Source of the DNA: a virus
Lineage: Duplodnaviria; Caudoviricetes
DNA: 63,439 nt
Direction: 5' to 3' (one strand)
Virus record (IMG/VR): IMGVR_UViG_3300036466_000234
Span: 1 to 63,439 of that record
The position numbers and the translations under genes are program-made. The notes beneath the pieces were generated by a model. The model ran no database searches. It was given only the letters and a program-made list of their open reading frames with translations, and had not been told where the DNA came from. Of this stretch, positions 47,622 through 57,281 are shown in pieces (the stretch's first letter is position 1; each line of letters begins with the position of its first letter).

Positions 47622-48818
47622 TTATTGATGGCGGATGAGGCTAAATTCCTGTCGAGAAGGGCAATCACACAGAATATGCTACCTACCACAACTACTAGGT
47701 CGGGTGTATTCCTTATGTTGTCATCTGCAAATGATAAATGGTGTGAGTTCCAAGATTATTGCTTTAAAAATAGAGAATTAGATACAATAGATCACGATGA
47801 AAAAGGTTTTAAATTAAGAACTAAAGGTTCGGATGAAACTAAAAATCTATACTTCTATGGTAGACGACATTATCAAAATCATTGGGAATATATGGTAAAA
47901 TCCGACCCTAAATATATGATGGCGATTTCTACACATCTAAATGCAGTAGGTAATAATAGAGAGGACATATCTTTTGCTACACAGAGAGATAATTTATTCC
48001 TGTCTAAGAAAACCTCCTCATTCTTTGATATGAATGAATTGAATGATATAGGTATATTCCAATATTATAATCCACATCAATTTATCAATAATCCTAGATT
48101 TGTTATAGTAGCAGGACTTGATGTAGCAGTTTCGGGCGATATTTCGGATTTAACAATCAAAGCTATTGAGAATGGATATGGAATGGATAGAAAGTCATAC
48201 TTATTATTTCGAATGGTGATGAATCCTACTAAATCTAAACAGTCTGATTCTGTGTATAATCAAATGAAATCTGTATTTCAATGGATAAGAATCTATGGCG
48301 TGTCCGCTATCGCAATAGATGAGACAGGGGTAGGTAAGAGTGCAGGGGACTATCTCATAGAGAATATGAGAGCTGTGAGGTACACCAAACTGCACGAGAA
48401 GAACATCTTTCCTGTTGTATTTAATAACAAAAATAGATTTGAAATATTGGAGCATTATTACAATAGAATACAATCGGGATTAGAAATTATGCCACAAATT
48501 CAAGATGAGTATAAAAATGATGAACAGCTTAGAAATATGTATATCAAGAATAAAGACAAGTTTGATGAAGAATCTAATTGGATTAGATTTGTACATGAAC
48601 ATGCAAAATTTGGTAGAAATGAAATTAAAGATAGCAATGATATGATTAAGGTTGAATACAGACAGACTAATGAAAAATACTTAAATGACGACTCGGTGTT
48701 CGCATCGGCTCTTTCGTCTGCTTGTCTGTTACTTAATCCAAATGTTCACACTACAGGTGAAAAAGCTTTAACATCAAAAAGAGACAATTCTAGATTTAAA
48801 AGAAGTTGGAAGAGATAA
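47622..48818 (+). CDS. terL: Terminase large subunit, exon 2
   Basis: Walker B LLMADEA; nuclease domain AGLDVA, IDETGVG, DDSVFASAL. Confidence 0.88.
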   Translation, partial: LLMADEAKFLSRRAITQNMLPTTTTRSGVFLMLSSANDKWCEFQDYCFKNRELDTIDHDEKGFKLRTKGSDETKNLYFYGRRHYQNHWEYMVKSDPKYMMAISTHLNAVGNNREDISFATQRDNLFLSKKTSSFFDMNELNDIGIFQYYNPHQFINNPRFVIVAGLDVAVSGDISDLTIKAIENGYGMDRKSYLLFRMVMNPTKSKQSDSVYNQMKSVFQWIRIYGVSAIAIDETGVGKSAGDYLIENMRAVRYTKLHEKNIFPVVFNNKNRFEILEHYYNRIQSGLEIMPQIQDEYKNDEQLRNMYIKNKDKFDEESNWIRFVHEHAKFGRNEIKDSNDMIKVEYRQTNEKYLNDDSVFASALSSACLLLNPNVHTTGEKALTSKRDNSRFKRSWKR

Positions 48819-49258
48819 TTATTCTCTTCCTCTTTTTTTGTCACTACTTAAATGGTATCTATTATGGTGAGGTGAATGAGTTGACTAGTTATCATGTATT
48901 TGATGCAAAAGTAAAATTCTTCAATCACAAAATTGGGGAATGGGAATATGTGTTTATAAAAAATATATACGACTTCTACTATGATAAAGAAAGGTGTGAG
49001 TTGGCTGTCAAATATATCACAGACACAGAAATCCACATAAACTCATCTTATAAAGTGTCTAATGTCCAAGAGGAAAGTTTTTCTTGTGGCGTTATAACTA
49101 AAGAGCAATATAGAACTTATAATTTAAATCTGATGGATGATGGAATGATCTTAAAGAGGATGGAGAAGTTTTCAAATTCTAAAAGAGCTTATTCTAGCAA
49201 AAAGTTATTCAAATCAAACAAATATAGAAGAAAGAGGGGTGTGGAAGATAAAGATTAA
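48806..49258 (+). CDS. Hypothetical protein (true start probably about 48870)
   Basis: ORF between terL and the portal gene. Confidence 0.5.
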   Translation: MEEIIILFLFFCHYLNGIYYGEVNELTSYHVFDAKVKFFNHKIGEWEYVFIKNIYDFYYDKERCELAVKYITDTEIHINSSYKVSNVQEESFSCGVITKEQYRTYNLNLMDDGMILKRMEKFSNSKRAYSSKKLFKSNKYRRKRGVEDKD

Positions 49259-50663
49259 TGGCGAGACTCTAAGAGAAAAACCTATTCATAAATTAATTAA
49301 ATTGAACAAAGATTTGTACAATCCAGACGTATACAAGAGATTTGAAAGATTCTCTGAAAGATTTATTGATGATAAGTTATCTGATAATGAGAAATTGCCT
49401 ATTGATGCTTATTATCCTACTCAAGACTTTCACGATATTATTACAGAGTTGACAGCACAAATACCATCTGAATTTTCATCAACAGGTACTGAATCAGATT
49501 TCATTAGAAAGTCATTAATAGAAGGTTCTCATTTGAAGCAGATTCTACACAAGATATATATGGAAAACTTGTTAGGGATAAATGCCTACGTTATATTAAG
49601 ACCTAAACTATCTAGCGATGTAGATAAATTTGTTATATTTGATATGGACATTATACCATCTGAAAATGTGTGGGTTGAATATGATATATTTACAGATAAT
49701 GTAAAGAAGATAACTACCCAAGAAAAAAGAACTACATATATTAATGGCGATGAGGAAGTCAAGTATCTGTATACAAGAGTCTACACTATAGATAAGATTG
49801 AAACTTACTTTAGAGCTATATCGGGTGAAAGATTGCCAGATATGGTAGACAGAATAGAAGAGAATCCTTTTGAAAAATATGGAATGTTGCCTATCGTAGA
49901 GTTTAAAGGATATTCTGAAAATGAAAAACCTTTAGCTAGTAAATTAGTCGAGCCACAACTACAGTTAGACAACCTTAACACTAATATTGAAAATCTAATC
50001 AATATGCACTCCAATCCAGTTTATGTTATACAGAACACTATGAGAGATTGGTCAGATGCTACATTTGGTGCAGGTGAGATTGTAGGATTAGAAGGGGATG
50101 AGGAATTTAAACCCACCACTGCTGATATGCAATTACAATACTTGGATAACCATAGGAATTATAAAAGAGATGACATATATAAGACAGGCGGATTGACTAC
50201 ACCTACATTGAGAGAACGGATGTATGGTACGGATTCCTCTGCTGTTACAAAAGTGGCATCTTCTGAATTTATAGCAACTGCTAGAATTATAACAGCATAT
50301 GCTAAAAAATCACTAAATAAAATAGCAAAGTTATTGTTAGAGATAAATGGAAAAGAATTAACAGACGAATCACTCATACCACCTGTAGAAATTTTACCTT
50401 ATGACCTAGAAAAAGTATTTAATACTGGAACTTTAGGATTGAATCTTGGTCTTATAGATGATGAATGGATATGGAGTAGGTATATGCCAGAATTGTCAAA
50501 CAGAGAAAAAGAGAAAATAAGAAACTTTTTTGCAAGTAGGCAAGATTTGACAGAGGACAATACAAACGTAAATAATAATGCTTTACAAACAAAAGCAATA
50601 GGAAATAAAGAACAGTTAAATACTAGCAAGGAGGATATAGATGGAAAAGTTACAAAATCATAA
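49239..50663 (+). CDS. Portal protein (SPP1-like)
   Basis: ENPFEKYGMLPIVEF, MHSNPVYVI; size and position. Confidence 0.75.
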   Translation: MWKIKINGETLREKPIHKLIKLNKDLYNPDVYKRFERFSERFIDDKLSDNEKLPIDAYYPTQDFHDIITELTAQIPSEFSSTGTESDFIRKSLIEGSHLKQILHKIYMENLLGINAYVILRPKLSSDVDKFVIFDMDIIPSENVWVEYDIFTDNVKKITTQEKRTTYINGDEEVKYLYTRVYTIDKIETYFRAISGERLPDMVDRIEENPFEKYGMLPIVEFKGYSENEKPLASKLVEPQLQLDNLNTNIENLINMHSNPVYVIQNTMRDWSDATFGAGEIVGLEGDEEFKPTTADMQLQYLDNHRNYKRDDIYKTGGLTTPTLRERMYGTDSSAVTKVASSEFIATARIITAYAKKSLNKIAKLLLEINGKELTDESLIPPVEILPYDLEKVFNTGTLGLNLGLIDDEWIWSRYMPELSNREKEKIRNFFASRQDLTEDNTNVNNNALQTKAIGNKEQLNTSKEDIDGKVTKS

Positions 50664-51207
50664 ATTTTATTATCTTAATGAGGAGATAGAGGAAAAAGAA
50701 GAAGAGGTAATCGAAAAGAAAGAGGAAAAGATAGACGTAGCAACACTTGTATCTGAGGAGGTTAGAAAAACCTTAGAGCAGTTAAACATAAAAGAACAGA
50801 TTAAATTAGCTTTAGGCGAGGCAATGGAGATTAAAAAAGAGGTCAAAGAAGAAATAAAACCTAATAAAATTGAAGATTCCATTGAGTCAATTAGAAAAAA
50901 ATTAGAACTACAAGAGCAAGAAGTTATTGCTTCTAAAAAAGAAGAGGTAGTCAGAAAGTACGGAATTGACATGGAAGATTTAGAGAATTTCAAAGACGTT
51001 GCTTCTATTGAGAAGTTGATCGAAAAAGTGTCCTCTAAGGCTAAGGAAAGACTAATCAAGGATGATGGGTATATCAAAAAAGATGATAGAGATAAAATAG
51101 CAAAAGCTATGCTAACTCTGAATGAATCAGAAGAATACATCAAACTTGAGGATAAGAAAAAATCTGAAACATTATCAACGTTCAGAAATTTATTTAAAAA
51201 AAAATAA
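50641..51207 (+). CDS. Putative capsid scaffolding protein
   Basis: Highly charged coiled coil between portal and capsid genes. Confidence 0.55.
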   Translation: MEKLQNHKFYYLNEEIEEKEEEVIEKKEEKIDVATLVSEEVRKTLEQLNIKEQIKLALGEAMEIKKEVKEEIKPNKIEDSIESIRKKLELQEQEVIASKKEEVVRKYGIDMEDLENFKDVASIEKLIEKVSSKAKERLIKDDGYIKKDDRDKIAKAMLTLNESEEYIKLEDKKKSETLSTFRNLFKKK

Positions 51208-51221
51208 TATAGGAGGTAGAA

Positions 51222-51647
51222 ATGGCTAAGCTAAGTATAATTTCAGTTTCACATGAAGCTGGTTGGTTTGAAGGTGTTATGGGACAAGGTATACCTATCG
51301 TGTCTGCTGTAGCACTAGAAAGAGGTGAGGTAGTTACTGCTGGAGGTGCAAAAGCATCGTCTGCGGATGGTACTCTTCCACCTGTAGGATATGTTGGATT
51401 TGCAACAGGAGAGTATGCTAAAGTTGATGCAAATCAAACTTTCAGAGCAGTTAGAGATGCACTTGTGTATATGGACACTGCAAAAGCTCCAGGAACACCA
51501 ATTTATCTGTCTGATACAGCAGGAGAGCTTTCAGATGTCGCTGGTACAGTTAAGTATGTTGTTGGTTATTATGTTGCTGATTCAGTAGCCAATAAGTCTT
51601 TATCTAACATGGCTTGTCTTGTAATAAGACCGCTAATTAATGCGTAA
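51222..51647 (+). CDS. Capsid decoration/cement protein
   Basis: Gly/Ala-rich; PGTPIYLSDTAGELS motif; directly upstream of the capsid gene. Confidence 0.6.
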   Translation: MAKLSIISVSHEAGWFEGVMGQGIPIVSAVALERGEVVTAGGAKASSADGTLPPVGYVGFATGEYAKVDANQTFRAVRDALVYMDTAKAPGTPIYLSDTAGELSDVAGTVKYVVGYYVADSVANKSLSNMACLVIRPLINA

Positions 51648-51675
51648 TTAAAATACATTGAATAAGGAGGAATAA

Positions 51676-52743
51676 ATGGCATTTAAATATTCATTATCAC
51701 ACAGAGTATTAGAAGATTTAACAGCAGATGCTCCAGTGATGCAAGAACTAGGTATGGCAACATTTAATGATCTACAAGCGTGGTTTGAGGCTTTAGATTT
51801 ATTCGAAAAGATAGACGTAATGATGATTGCAATAAATAACCTTGAAACTCTAGACCCACTATTCTCAATGGTAACTAGAAGAGGTTCGGATGCAACTCAT
51901 GTAGAAATGTACTCAAGAGCAAGCTTCAAAAAAGGTGCATGGGACACAATGGGTAAATCATTCAAACCTATACTACAAGAATTTACTATTCCATATGACG
52001 ACTACGATTGTGCTGTGGAAGTAGACAGAAAAATGTTTAAGAAAAATAAAGAAATGATAGTAGATAAAATCATATCAGATGTTTATGATGCTTATAAGAA
52101 ATTACTAAGAGGGTTAGCTTTAGATGCACTTATCACACTACCTACAGATGAATCAAAGCACACACCTTCATTTTGGAGAGACACTTCTGCATTTGCTACA
52201 GCTAACCAACTAGTTCCATATCCAAATGGGCTTAAAACATTCACTAATGCTGAAACTCACTACATCGGTAAGACAGCAATGGATGACCAAATCATCAAAG
52301 AAATAACTAAAAAAGTAAGATCGAAAGGTTACGGTAGAAATGGACTCGTAGTTGTTGCCAATGAAAATACTTGGTCTGACTATGAAGATCAATTCACGTA
52401 TGATGAAGTTAGAAAGAATGAGCTTATTGAAGTTTCTAGTGAGTTTGCTCCAAAAATTGGTAGCACGACTTATGTAACAATACCAGAAACTGACTTTCCA
52501 GATAACTATGTTCTTTGCTTTGACCCTACAGTATTCTTCTTATATCACAAAGAAGCAGAAAAGGAAGATATGAGAGGACTTATCAGAGAGTTTAACAACT
52601 TTGAAGTAGTTAGAACAAACAATAGAGCCGAATTTATGGTATATGAAACAGGAATGGGTATAGTTGAAAAAGGTGCAGGTGCAGTAATGTACATCGGTAA
52701 TGCAACTTACCAAAATCCAGACCTATCTACAATACTAGGCTAA
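51676..52743 (+). CDS. Major capsid protein
   Basis: 355 aa, strong RBS, high-expression codon usage, position, downstream hairpin. Confidence 0.75.
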   Translation: MAFKYSLSHRVLEDLTADAPVMQELGMATFNDLQAWFEALDLFEKIDVMMIAINNLETLDPLFSMVTRRGSDATHVEMYSRASFKKGAWDTMGKSFKPILQEFTIPYDDYDCAVEVDRKMFKKNKEMIVDKIISDVYDAYKKLLRGLALDALITLPTDESKHTPSFWRDTSAFATANQLVPYPNGLKTFTNAETHYIGKTAMDDQIIKEITKKVRSKGYGRNGLVVVANENTWSDYEDQFTYDEVRKNELIEVSSEFAPKIGSTTYVTIPETDFPDNYVLCFDPTVFFLYHKEAEKEDMRGLIREFNNFEVVRTNNRAEFMVYETGMGIVEKGAGAVMYIGNATYQNPDLSTILG

Positions 52744-52750
52744 CATAATA

Positions 52751-52780
52751 AGGGGAGGAGTTTTCTCCTTCCCTAATTTT
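52751..52780 (+). terminator. Hairpin after the major capsid gene
   Basis: AGGGGAGGAG-TTTT-CTCCTTCCCT followed by AATTTTT. Confidence 0.55.
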
Positions 52781-52791
52781 TAGGAGGATAT

Positions 52792-53508
52792 ATGGCAAGA
52801 AAAGATGACCTTATTGCAGAGGCTACTAAACTAGGTATAGAAATGGATGGTAGTGAAACTATTGCAATATTAGAAGAAAAAATAAAGGCGACAGAAGAGG
52901 ATGTTGCCAATCTCCCCTTTGAAATATTGGTAGATAAGATTGGTGAATTTCAGTCTGAGATAGATAAAAAAGAATCTAGAAATAAAACTCTAGAGCAATT
53001 AAATAAGAATAGAAGTGCTGAAATAGAAGTTATAAAAAAGAAAACTGTACTAAAGCAATCAGATGAAGAGAAGTCTGAAATAAAAGAAAAGAATAAAATA
53101 ATCAATGAAAATAATAGACAAATATCTAAGAATATGTCTGAAATAATGGATTTGAAATCTAAAATTGATGAGTTGGATAGAGAAAGGTCTTTAAGAATTC
53201 CAGAGATAGTAAATTCGTATGCTATTGAATATATAAAGGCTAAGTGTTCGAAAGAATATATTTGTGATGAAATAATCTCAAAAATAACTGAACTTAGAGA
53301 AGAGCAAGAGAGATTGGAATTGATAGAAATAGAAAAGAGGAATGAATTAAATTCCGTCTTAGCTAAATACAATGTAGGGGATATCTCTGCTGATATGCTT
53401 AGATTAGAAGCTGACTTAGATATTAATAAATCTAATTTAAGTCAAAAGTTAAGAAGTTATGTTAGAGCCTACTCTAAGAAGATAACTCAATTTAGAAAAA
53501 AAGTATAG
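52792..53508 (+). CDS. Coiled-coil protein with N-terminal HeH/Rho-N-like motif
   Basis: KDDLIAEATKLGIE...LEEKI. Confidence 0.55.
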   Translation: MARKDDLIAEATKLGIEMDGSETIAILEEKIKATEEDVANLPFEILVDKIGEFQSEIDKKESRNKTLEQLNKNRSAEIEVIKKKTVLKQSDEEKSEIKEKNKIINENNRQISKNMSEIMDLKSKIDELDRERSLRIPEIVNSYAIEYIKAKCSKEYICDEIISKITELREEQERLELIEIEKRNELNSVLAKYNVGDISADMLRLEADLDINKSNLSQKLRSYVRAYSKKITQFRKKV

Positions 53509-53518
53509 GAGGTGTTAA

Positions 53519-53743
53519 ATGGCTAGGACTGTTGAAGAGATACAGTTGAATATTGAAGAAATAAAAATAGCAATAGCCTCTCCATTACAAAGTGTAAAGA
53601 TAGATGACATGCAAAAGACCTTCAAAGGTGCAACTGAGCTATATGAGGCTCTGAGGATGCTAGAAAGGGAATTGTTAGAGGTCGAAACTGGAGAAAAGCC
53701 TAAGAAGTTTTTTTCTAGTAAAAGGCGTGGGTTTAATGGATAG
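53519..53743 (+). CDS. Head-tail joining protein (gpW-like)
   Basis: EIKIAIASPLQSVKIDD...TF...EL pattern and size. Confidence 0.6.
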   Translation: MARTVEEIQLNIEEIKIAIASPLQSVKIDDMQKTFKGATELYEALRMLERELLEVETGEKPKKFFSSKRRGFNG

Positions 53744-54167
53744 TGTTACAGTTGAGATTACAGATGACCAAAGCAAGTTAAACGAAATATTAGCTATGGG
53801 AGATATTGTTGAAATTGAAATAGCCACAGGGTTGTTTAGAGATTTAGACCCCGAAGCTACTCTAAAGGGAATTTATAATGAATTGCCTAATCCTAGAGTG
53901 CCATCAAGACCATTTGTAGAACCTACCTATATTGACAATGAGAAATGGATGCAAAGACAAGTCATTGCTAACTTAAAAAGAGGGAATGACCCTAATATAT
54001 TCATGGTAGATATGATGAATCAGATGGTAGACAAAATCAAACATAGAATTAATATGGGTAGATTTGTAAAGCTTGCAGATTCTACGATTGCTAAAAAGGG
54101 TCATGCTTTACCACTCAAAGACACTATGGAAATGTATAACGCTATCAAATCTAGGAGGTTGAAATAA
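53727..54167 (+). CDS. Neck/tail completion protein
   Basis: VPSRPF...LADSTIAKKGH..PLKDT..MYNAI. Confidence 0.75.
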   Translation: MGLMDSVTVEITDDQSKLNEILAMGDIVEIEIATGLFRDLDPEATLKGIYNELPNPRVPSRPFVEPTYIDNEKWMQRQVIANLKRGNDPNIFMVDMMNQMVDKIKHRINMGRFVKLADSTIAKKGHALPLKDTMEMYNAIKSRRLK

Positions 54168-54511
54168 TGGAATTTAATATGGCAACTTTACTAGATGAGA
54201 CTAAGGTTGGATATACTATATATAGAAGTTCTCAATCAATAGTAAGCGGTATCCCTGTCAATGTAGATTCAAGTTTCACCACATATTTAACTGTTACCAA
54301 TGCAAAAAAAGAAGATATGGATAGTGTTGGAATTGGAAATTCATTGGGAGGATTATTAAAAATTAGAATATTAGACAAAGAGGAAAATCAAATTGGGATT
54401 GGAGACAAGTTTGACTTTGATGGTGATAGATATGAAATCACTAGAAAAAGACCATACCAAAATGGACTGACCGACTTTAGAATATTCTATGCTGGACTAG
54501 AGGTGAGTTAA
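54167..54511 (+). CDS. Putative head closure protein
   Basis: GDKFDFDGDRYEI; position. Confidence 0.55.
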   Translation: MEFNMATLLDETKVGYTIYRSSQSIVSGIPVNVDSSFTTYLTVTNAKKEDMDSVGIGNSLGGLLKIRILDKEENQIGIGDKFDFDGDRYEITRKRPYQNGLTDFRIFYAGLEVS

Positions 54512-55038
54512 TGATAGATATAAATGAACTTAGCGTAAACTTTTACAATGAATTAGTAGACAAGGTTGGAATTTCAGACACTCAAATATTAGCCGAACAC
54601 ACCCTTTATAGTATAAAACAAGAAAATCTATCCTTTCCTAGAATCATTCATGGCGTAGTGGGTTATTCTGATAATGAATATAATTATGCAAGTGATTATG
54701 AGTATAGGGATGACTTAGACCTTTTAGAAAGACAAATTGAGATCATTCCTAGAGTTGTATATAGATTTAGTATATTTGCAGACAAAGATTCATCTTCTAA
54801 AATTTTCAATACAATTAATAAGATTCATAGATATTATTCTAATGATTATATAAAGCATTTAAATGGTGACATAGAAGTGGTGAGTTTATCTAGAATATTT
54901 CAAAGTATGATTGAAGAAAATGACAGAGCTGTGGTTGGTTGGTATTTCTCTATAGACTTCAACACTAGTGACATATTAATCTCTCAAACAGATTATGCAA
55001 CTTCGATTGATGGAATAAACTTAAATATAAATAATTAA
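54511..55038 (+). CDS. Putative tail terminator/neck protein
   Basis: Position immediately upstream of the sheath gene. Confidence 0.5.
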   Translation: MIDINELSVNFYNELVDKVGISDTQILAEHTLYSIKQENLSFPRIIHGVVGYSDNEYNYASDYEYRDDLDLLERQIEIIPRVVYRFSIFADKDSSSKIFNTINKIHRYYSNDYIKHLNGDIEVVSLSRIFQSMIEENDRAVVGWYFSIDFNTSDILISQTDYATSIDGINLNINN

Positions 55039-55052
55039 TAAGGGAGGAATAA

Positions 55053-56042
55053 ATGGCAGAAATAATCAAAATCAGTTTTGAGGATAGAACTACAGCTATT
55101 AGCCAAGTTGGTCTAAACAAAATACTGGTGTTTACGAAAGAAAAAGACATTGCCTATTCTGAGGGTGATGAAATGGCAACATTCTCATCTCTAGTATCAT
55201 CGGATGAGGCTTATAAATCCATATCAGCTATTTTAGCACAAGAAAGTCAAACTGTAGCACTATTCGGAGATTTAGAAACTTTAGATGTAGCAGGCTCTTT
55301 AGATACAGTAGCAGGAAGAGATTTCTTCTTTGTAGTACCTGTAGGGTTTACAACAGCAGAACTTATCTCAATCTCAACTTGGTGTGCTTCTAATGATAGA
55401 ATGTGTATATGTACACCTGCATACGACACTACTGTAGCAAATATAATATCAATGGCTCAAGGCATGGCTACAGAAAATACAGGAGTGTTTGCTCATAGAG
55501 GAACTGAGGCTAGGGCACAAGTATATCTAGCGAGTGGAATTTGTGGTTTAATGGCTCCAAAAGATGCAGGTTCGGCTACATGGGCTTTAAAAACTCCAGA
55601 TACTATAGTTGTGAATGAATACGATGGGGCAGACGAAACTTTACTACTAGCAGATTCTGTTAATATATTCACAGAAGAGTATGGTAGAGGTATAACTCAA
55701 CAAGGAACTGCTACAAATGGTGGCTACCTTGATATAACTAGAGCTAAATACTGGCTAAAATATAGACTTCAAGAAGAGCTTGCACTTCTATTTATGAATA
55801 GAGATAAAGTTCCATTTACTGCTATAGGACAAGGGTTGATTGCAAATGCAATCCAAACTGTCATAAATGTGGCGGACACTATGGGAATTCTAGTAGCGGA
55901 AGAAACTACTATAACAGTTCCATCGCCAGACGACCTTTTAACTAATGACAAAGCAAACAGAAAGTGGACTGGAATAGAAGTGGATGCGACTATACAGGGA
56001 GCTGTTCATAGCGTAGAAATCAGCTTTATACTATCGTTATAA
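55053..56042 (+). CDS. Tail sheath protein (DUF3383-like)
   Basis: GSATWALK, GGYLDITRAKYWL, KVPFT..G, QGAVHSVEI. Confidence 0.88.
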   Translation: MAEIIKISFEDRTTAISQVGLNKILVFTKEKDIAYSEGDEMATFSSLVSSDEAYKSISAILAQESQTVALFGDLETLDVAGSLDTVAGRDFFFVVPVGFTTAELISISTWCASNDRMCICTPAYDTTVANIISMAQGMATENTGVFAHRGTEARAQVYLASGICGLMAPKDAGSATWALKTPDTIVVNEYDGADETLLLADSVNIFTEEYGRGITQQGTATNGGYLDITRAKYWLKYRLQEELALLFMNRDKVPFTAIGQGLIANAIQTVINVADTMGILVAEETTITVPSPDDLLTNDKANRKWTGIEVDATIQGAVHSVEISFILSL

Positions 56043-56079
56043 TCAATGAATACAACAAGTAATGGAGGTGTTTTAAAAA

Positions 56080-56478
56080 TTGGCTAAAAATTATAATCCA
56101 AAAGAGATACTTTGCATAGTGAGTGGGTTACAAATAGAGGGATTCGGAACTGACACATTCGTAGAGTGTGCATTTGTAGAAGATAAGAACACATTGACAG
56201 TTTCAAATGATGGAATGGGAACTTTTAACGAAAATCCAAATGAAAGTGGAACTATAAAGTTTACATTAATGCACAACTCGGATTCAGTTGAAGTTTTAAG
56301 TGCATTGGCATTACAAAATAAAATACCATACGAGATTGCAATATTTGACCCCAATACATTAAATGGTAAAGCATTGGGAATAAATTGTAAACTAAAGAAA
56401 AAGCCAGACTTCACTAGAGCAAAAGAAGTCGGAACGGTAGAGTTTGAATACATATGTGAAAAACTAAGAATGTATTAA
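56080..56478 (+). CDS. Tail tube protein
   Basis: YNPKE...IEGF...SGTIKFTL..NS...KKPD. Confidence 0.82.
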   Translation: MAKNYNPKEILCIVSGLQIEGFGTDTFVECAFVEDKNTLTVSNDGMGTFNENPNESGTIKFTLMHNSDSVEVLSALALQNKIPYEIAIFDPNTLNGKALGINCKLKKKPDFTRAKEVGTVEFEYICEKLRMY

Positions 56479-56501
56479 AAAGGATGGAGGATATATAGAA
56501 T

Positions 56502-57032
56502 ATGGGAGTAGTTGCAAAATTAAAACTTAATGAGAAAAAGTATATGGACTTCATGGTGGGTACAAGCGAGCTTGCCATGAGAATCCCATCTACAAGAGAA
56601 ATAATTAAAATGGAATCAAAAAATACAACTCTAGATGGTGGAGTAGACATAGCTGGATATATAGGGGATATATGCAAGCTTATAATACCTCAAAATGATA
56701 TAAACAGCATCTGCAAAGTCCCATCTGAAATAGATATTGCAATAGGTGAAAGAAATATTACACTCAAAGGAATAACAGCAGAAAAGTCTTTACAAATAAT
56801 AGCTGAGTCGGCTAAGATTGAAAAAGACCCAAAAGATCCTTCAAATGTAATTCTAAGGCCTAATACAGAGGGTATGATAGACTCTATACTGGCTCTTTCA
56901 GAAGAGAAAATAGATATAGATGATCTAAAGTATAAAGAAGTTATGCAGATACCAGATCTCTTTCAAGAGAAGATTGAGGTGAGTACACTTATGGATGTGT
57001 ACAACTTCTTTCAAGAAAATTTCCAAGCCTAA
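56502..57032 (+). CDS. Tail assembly chaperone (gpG-like)
   Basis: Between tube and tape-measure genes; slippery heptamer near its end. Confidence 0.7.
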   Translation: MGVVAKLKLNEKKYMDFMVGTSELAMRIPSTREIIKMESKNTTLDGGVDIAGYIGDICKLIIPQNDINSICKVPSEIDIAIGERNITLKGITAEKSLQIIAESAKIEKDPKDPSNVILRPNTEGMIDSILALSEEKIDIDDLKYKEVMQIPDLFQEKIEVSTLMDVYNFFQENFQA

Positions 57033-57237
57033 GTATACCTTAAAAAATGGTTATGGTCAAGAGATTATTGATATTGATAGGTATAAGCACAATCTCAACA
57101 ATTCACCAGAGGAATTGATTATATATAGAGTTGGGGAGGCGTTTGGTTTAGACAAAGCTAATGAAATGTCTCCCGATGAATTATATGAAGCCTTTGCATA
57201 CATATTAATAACAAATGATAATAAGACAACAGAATAA
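57017..57237 (+). CDS. Tail assembly chaperone -1 frameshift extension (gpGT-like)
   Basis: A-AAT-TTC (X XXY YYZ) at 57017-57023 leads into the -1 ORF ending at 57237. Confidence 0.7.
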
Positions 57238-57281
57238 AGGGCAGAGATGCCCTTATTTTTTTAGAATAAAGGTGGTGAGTT

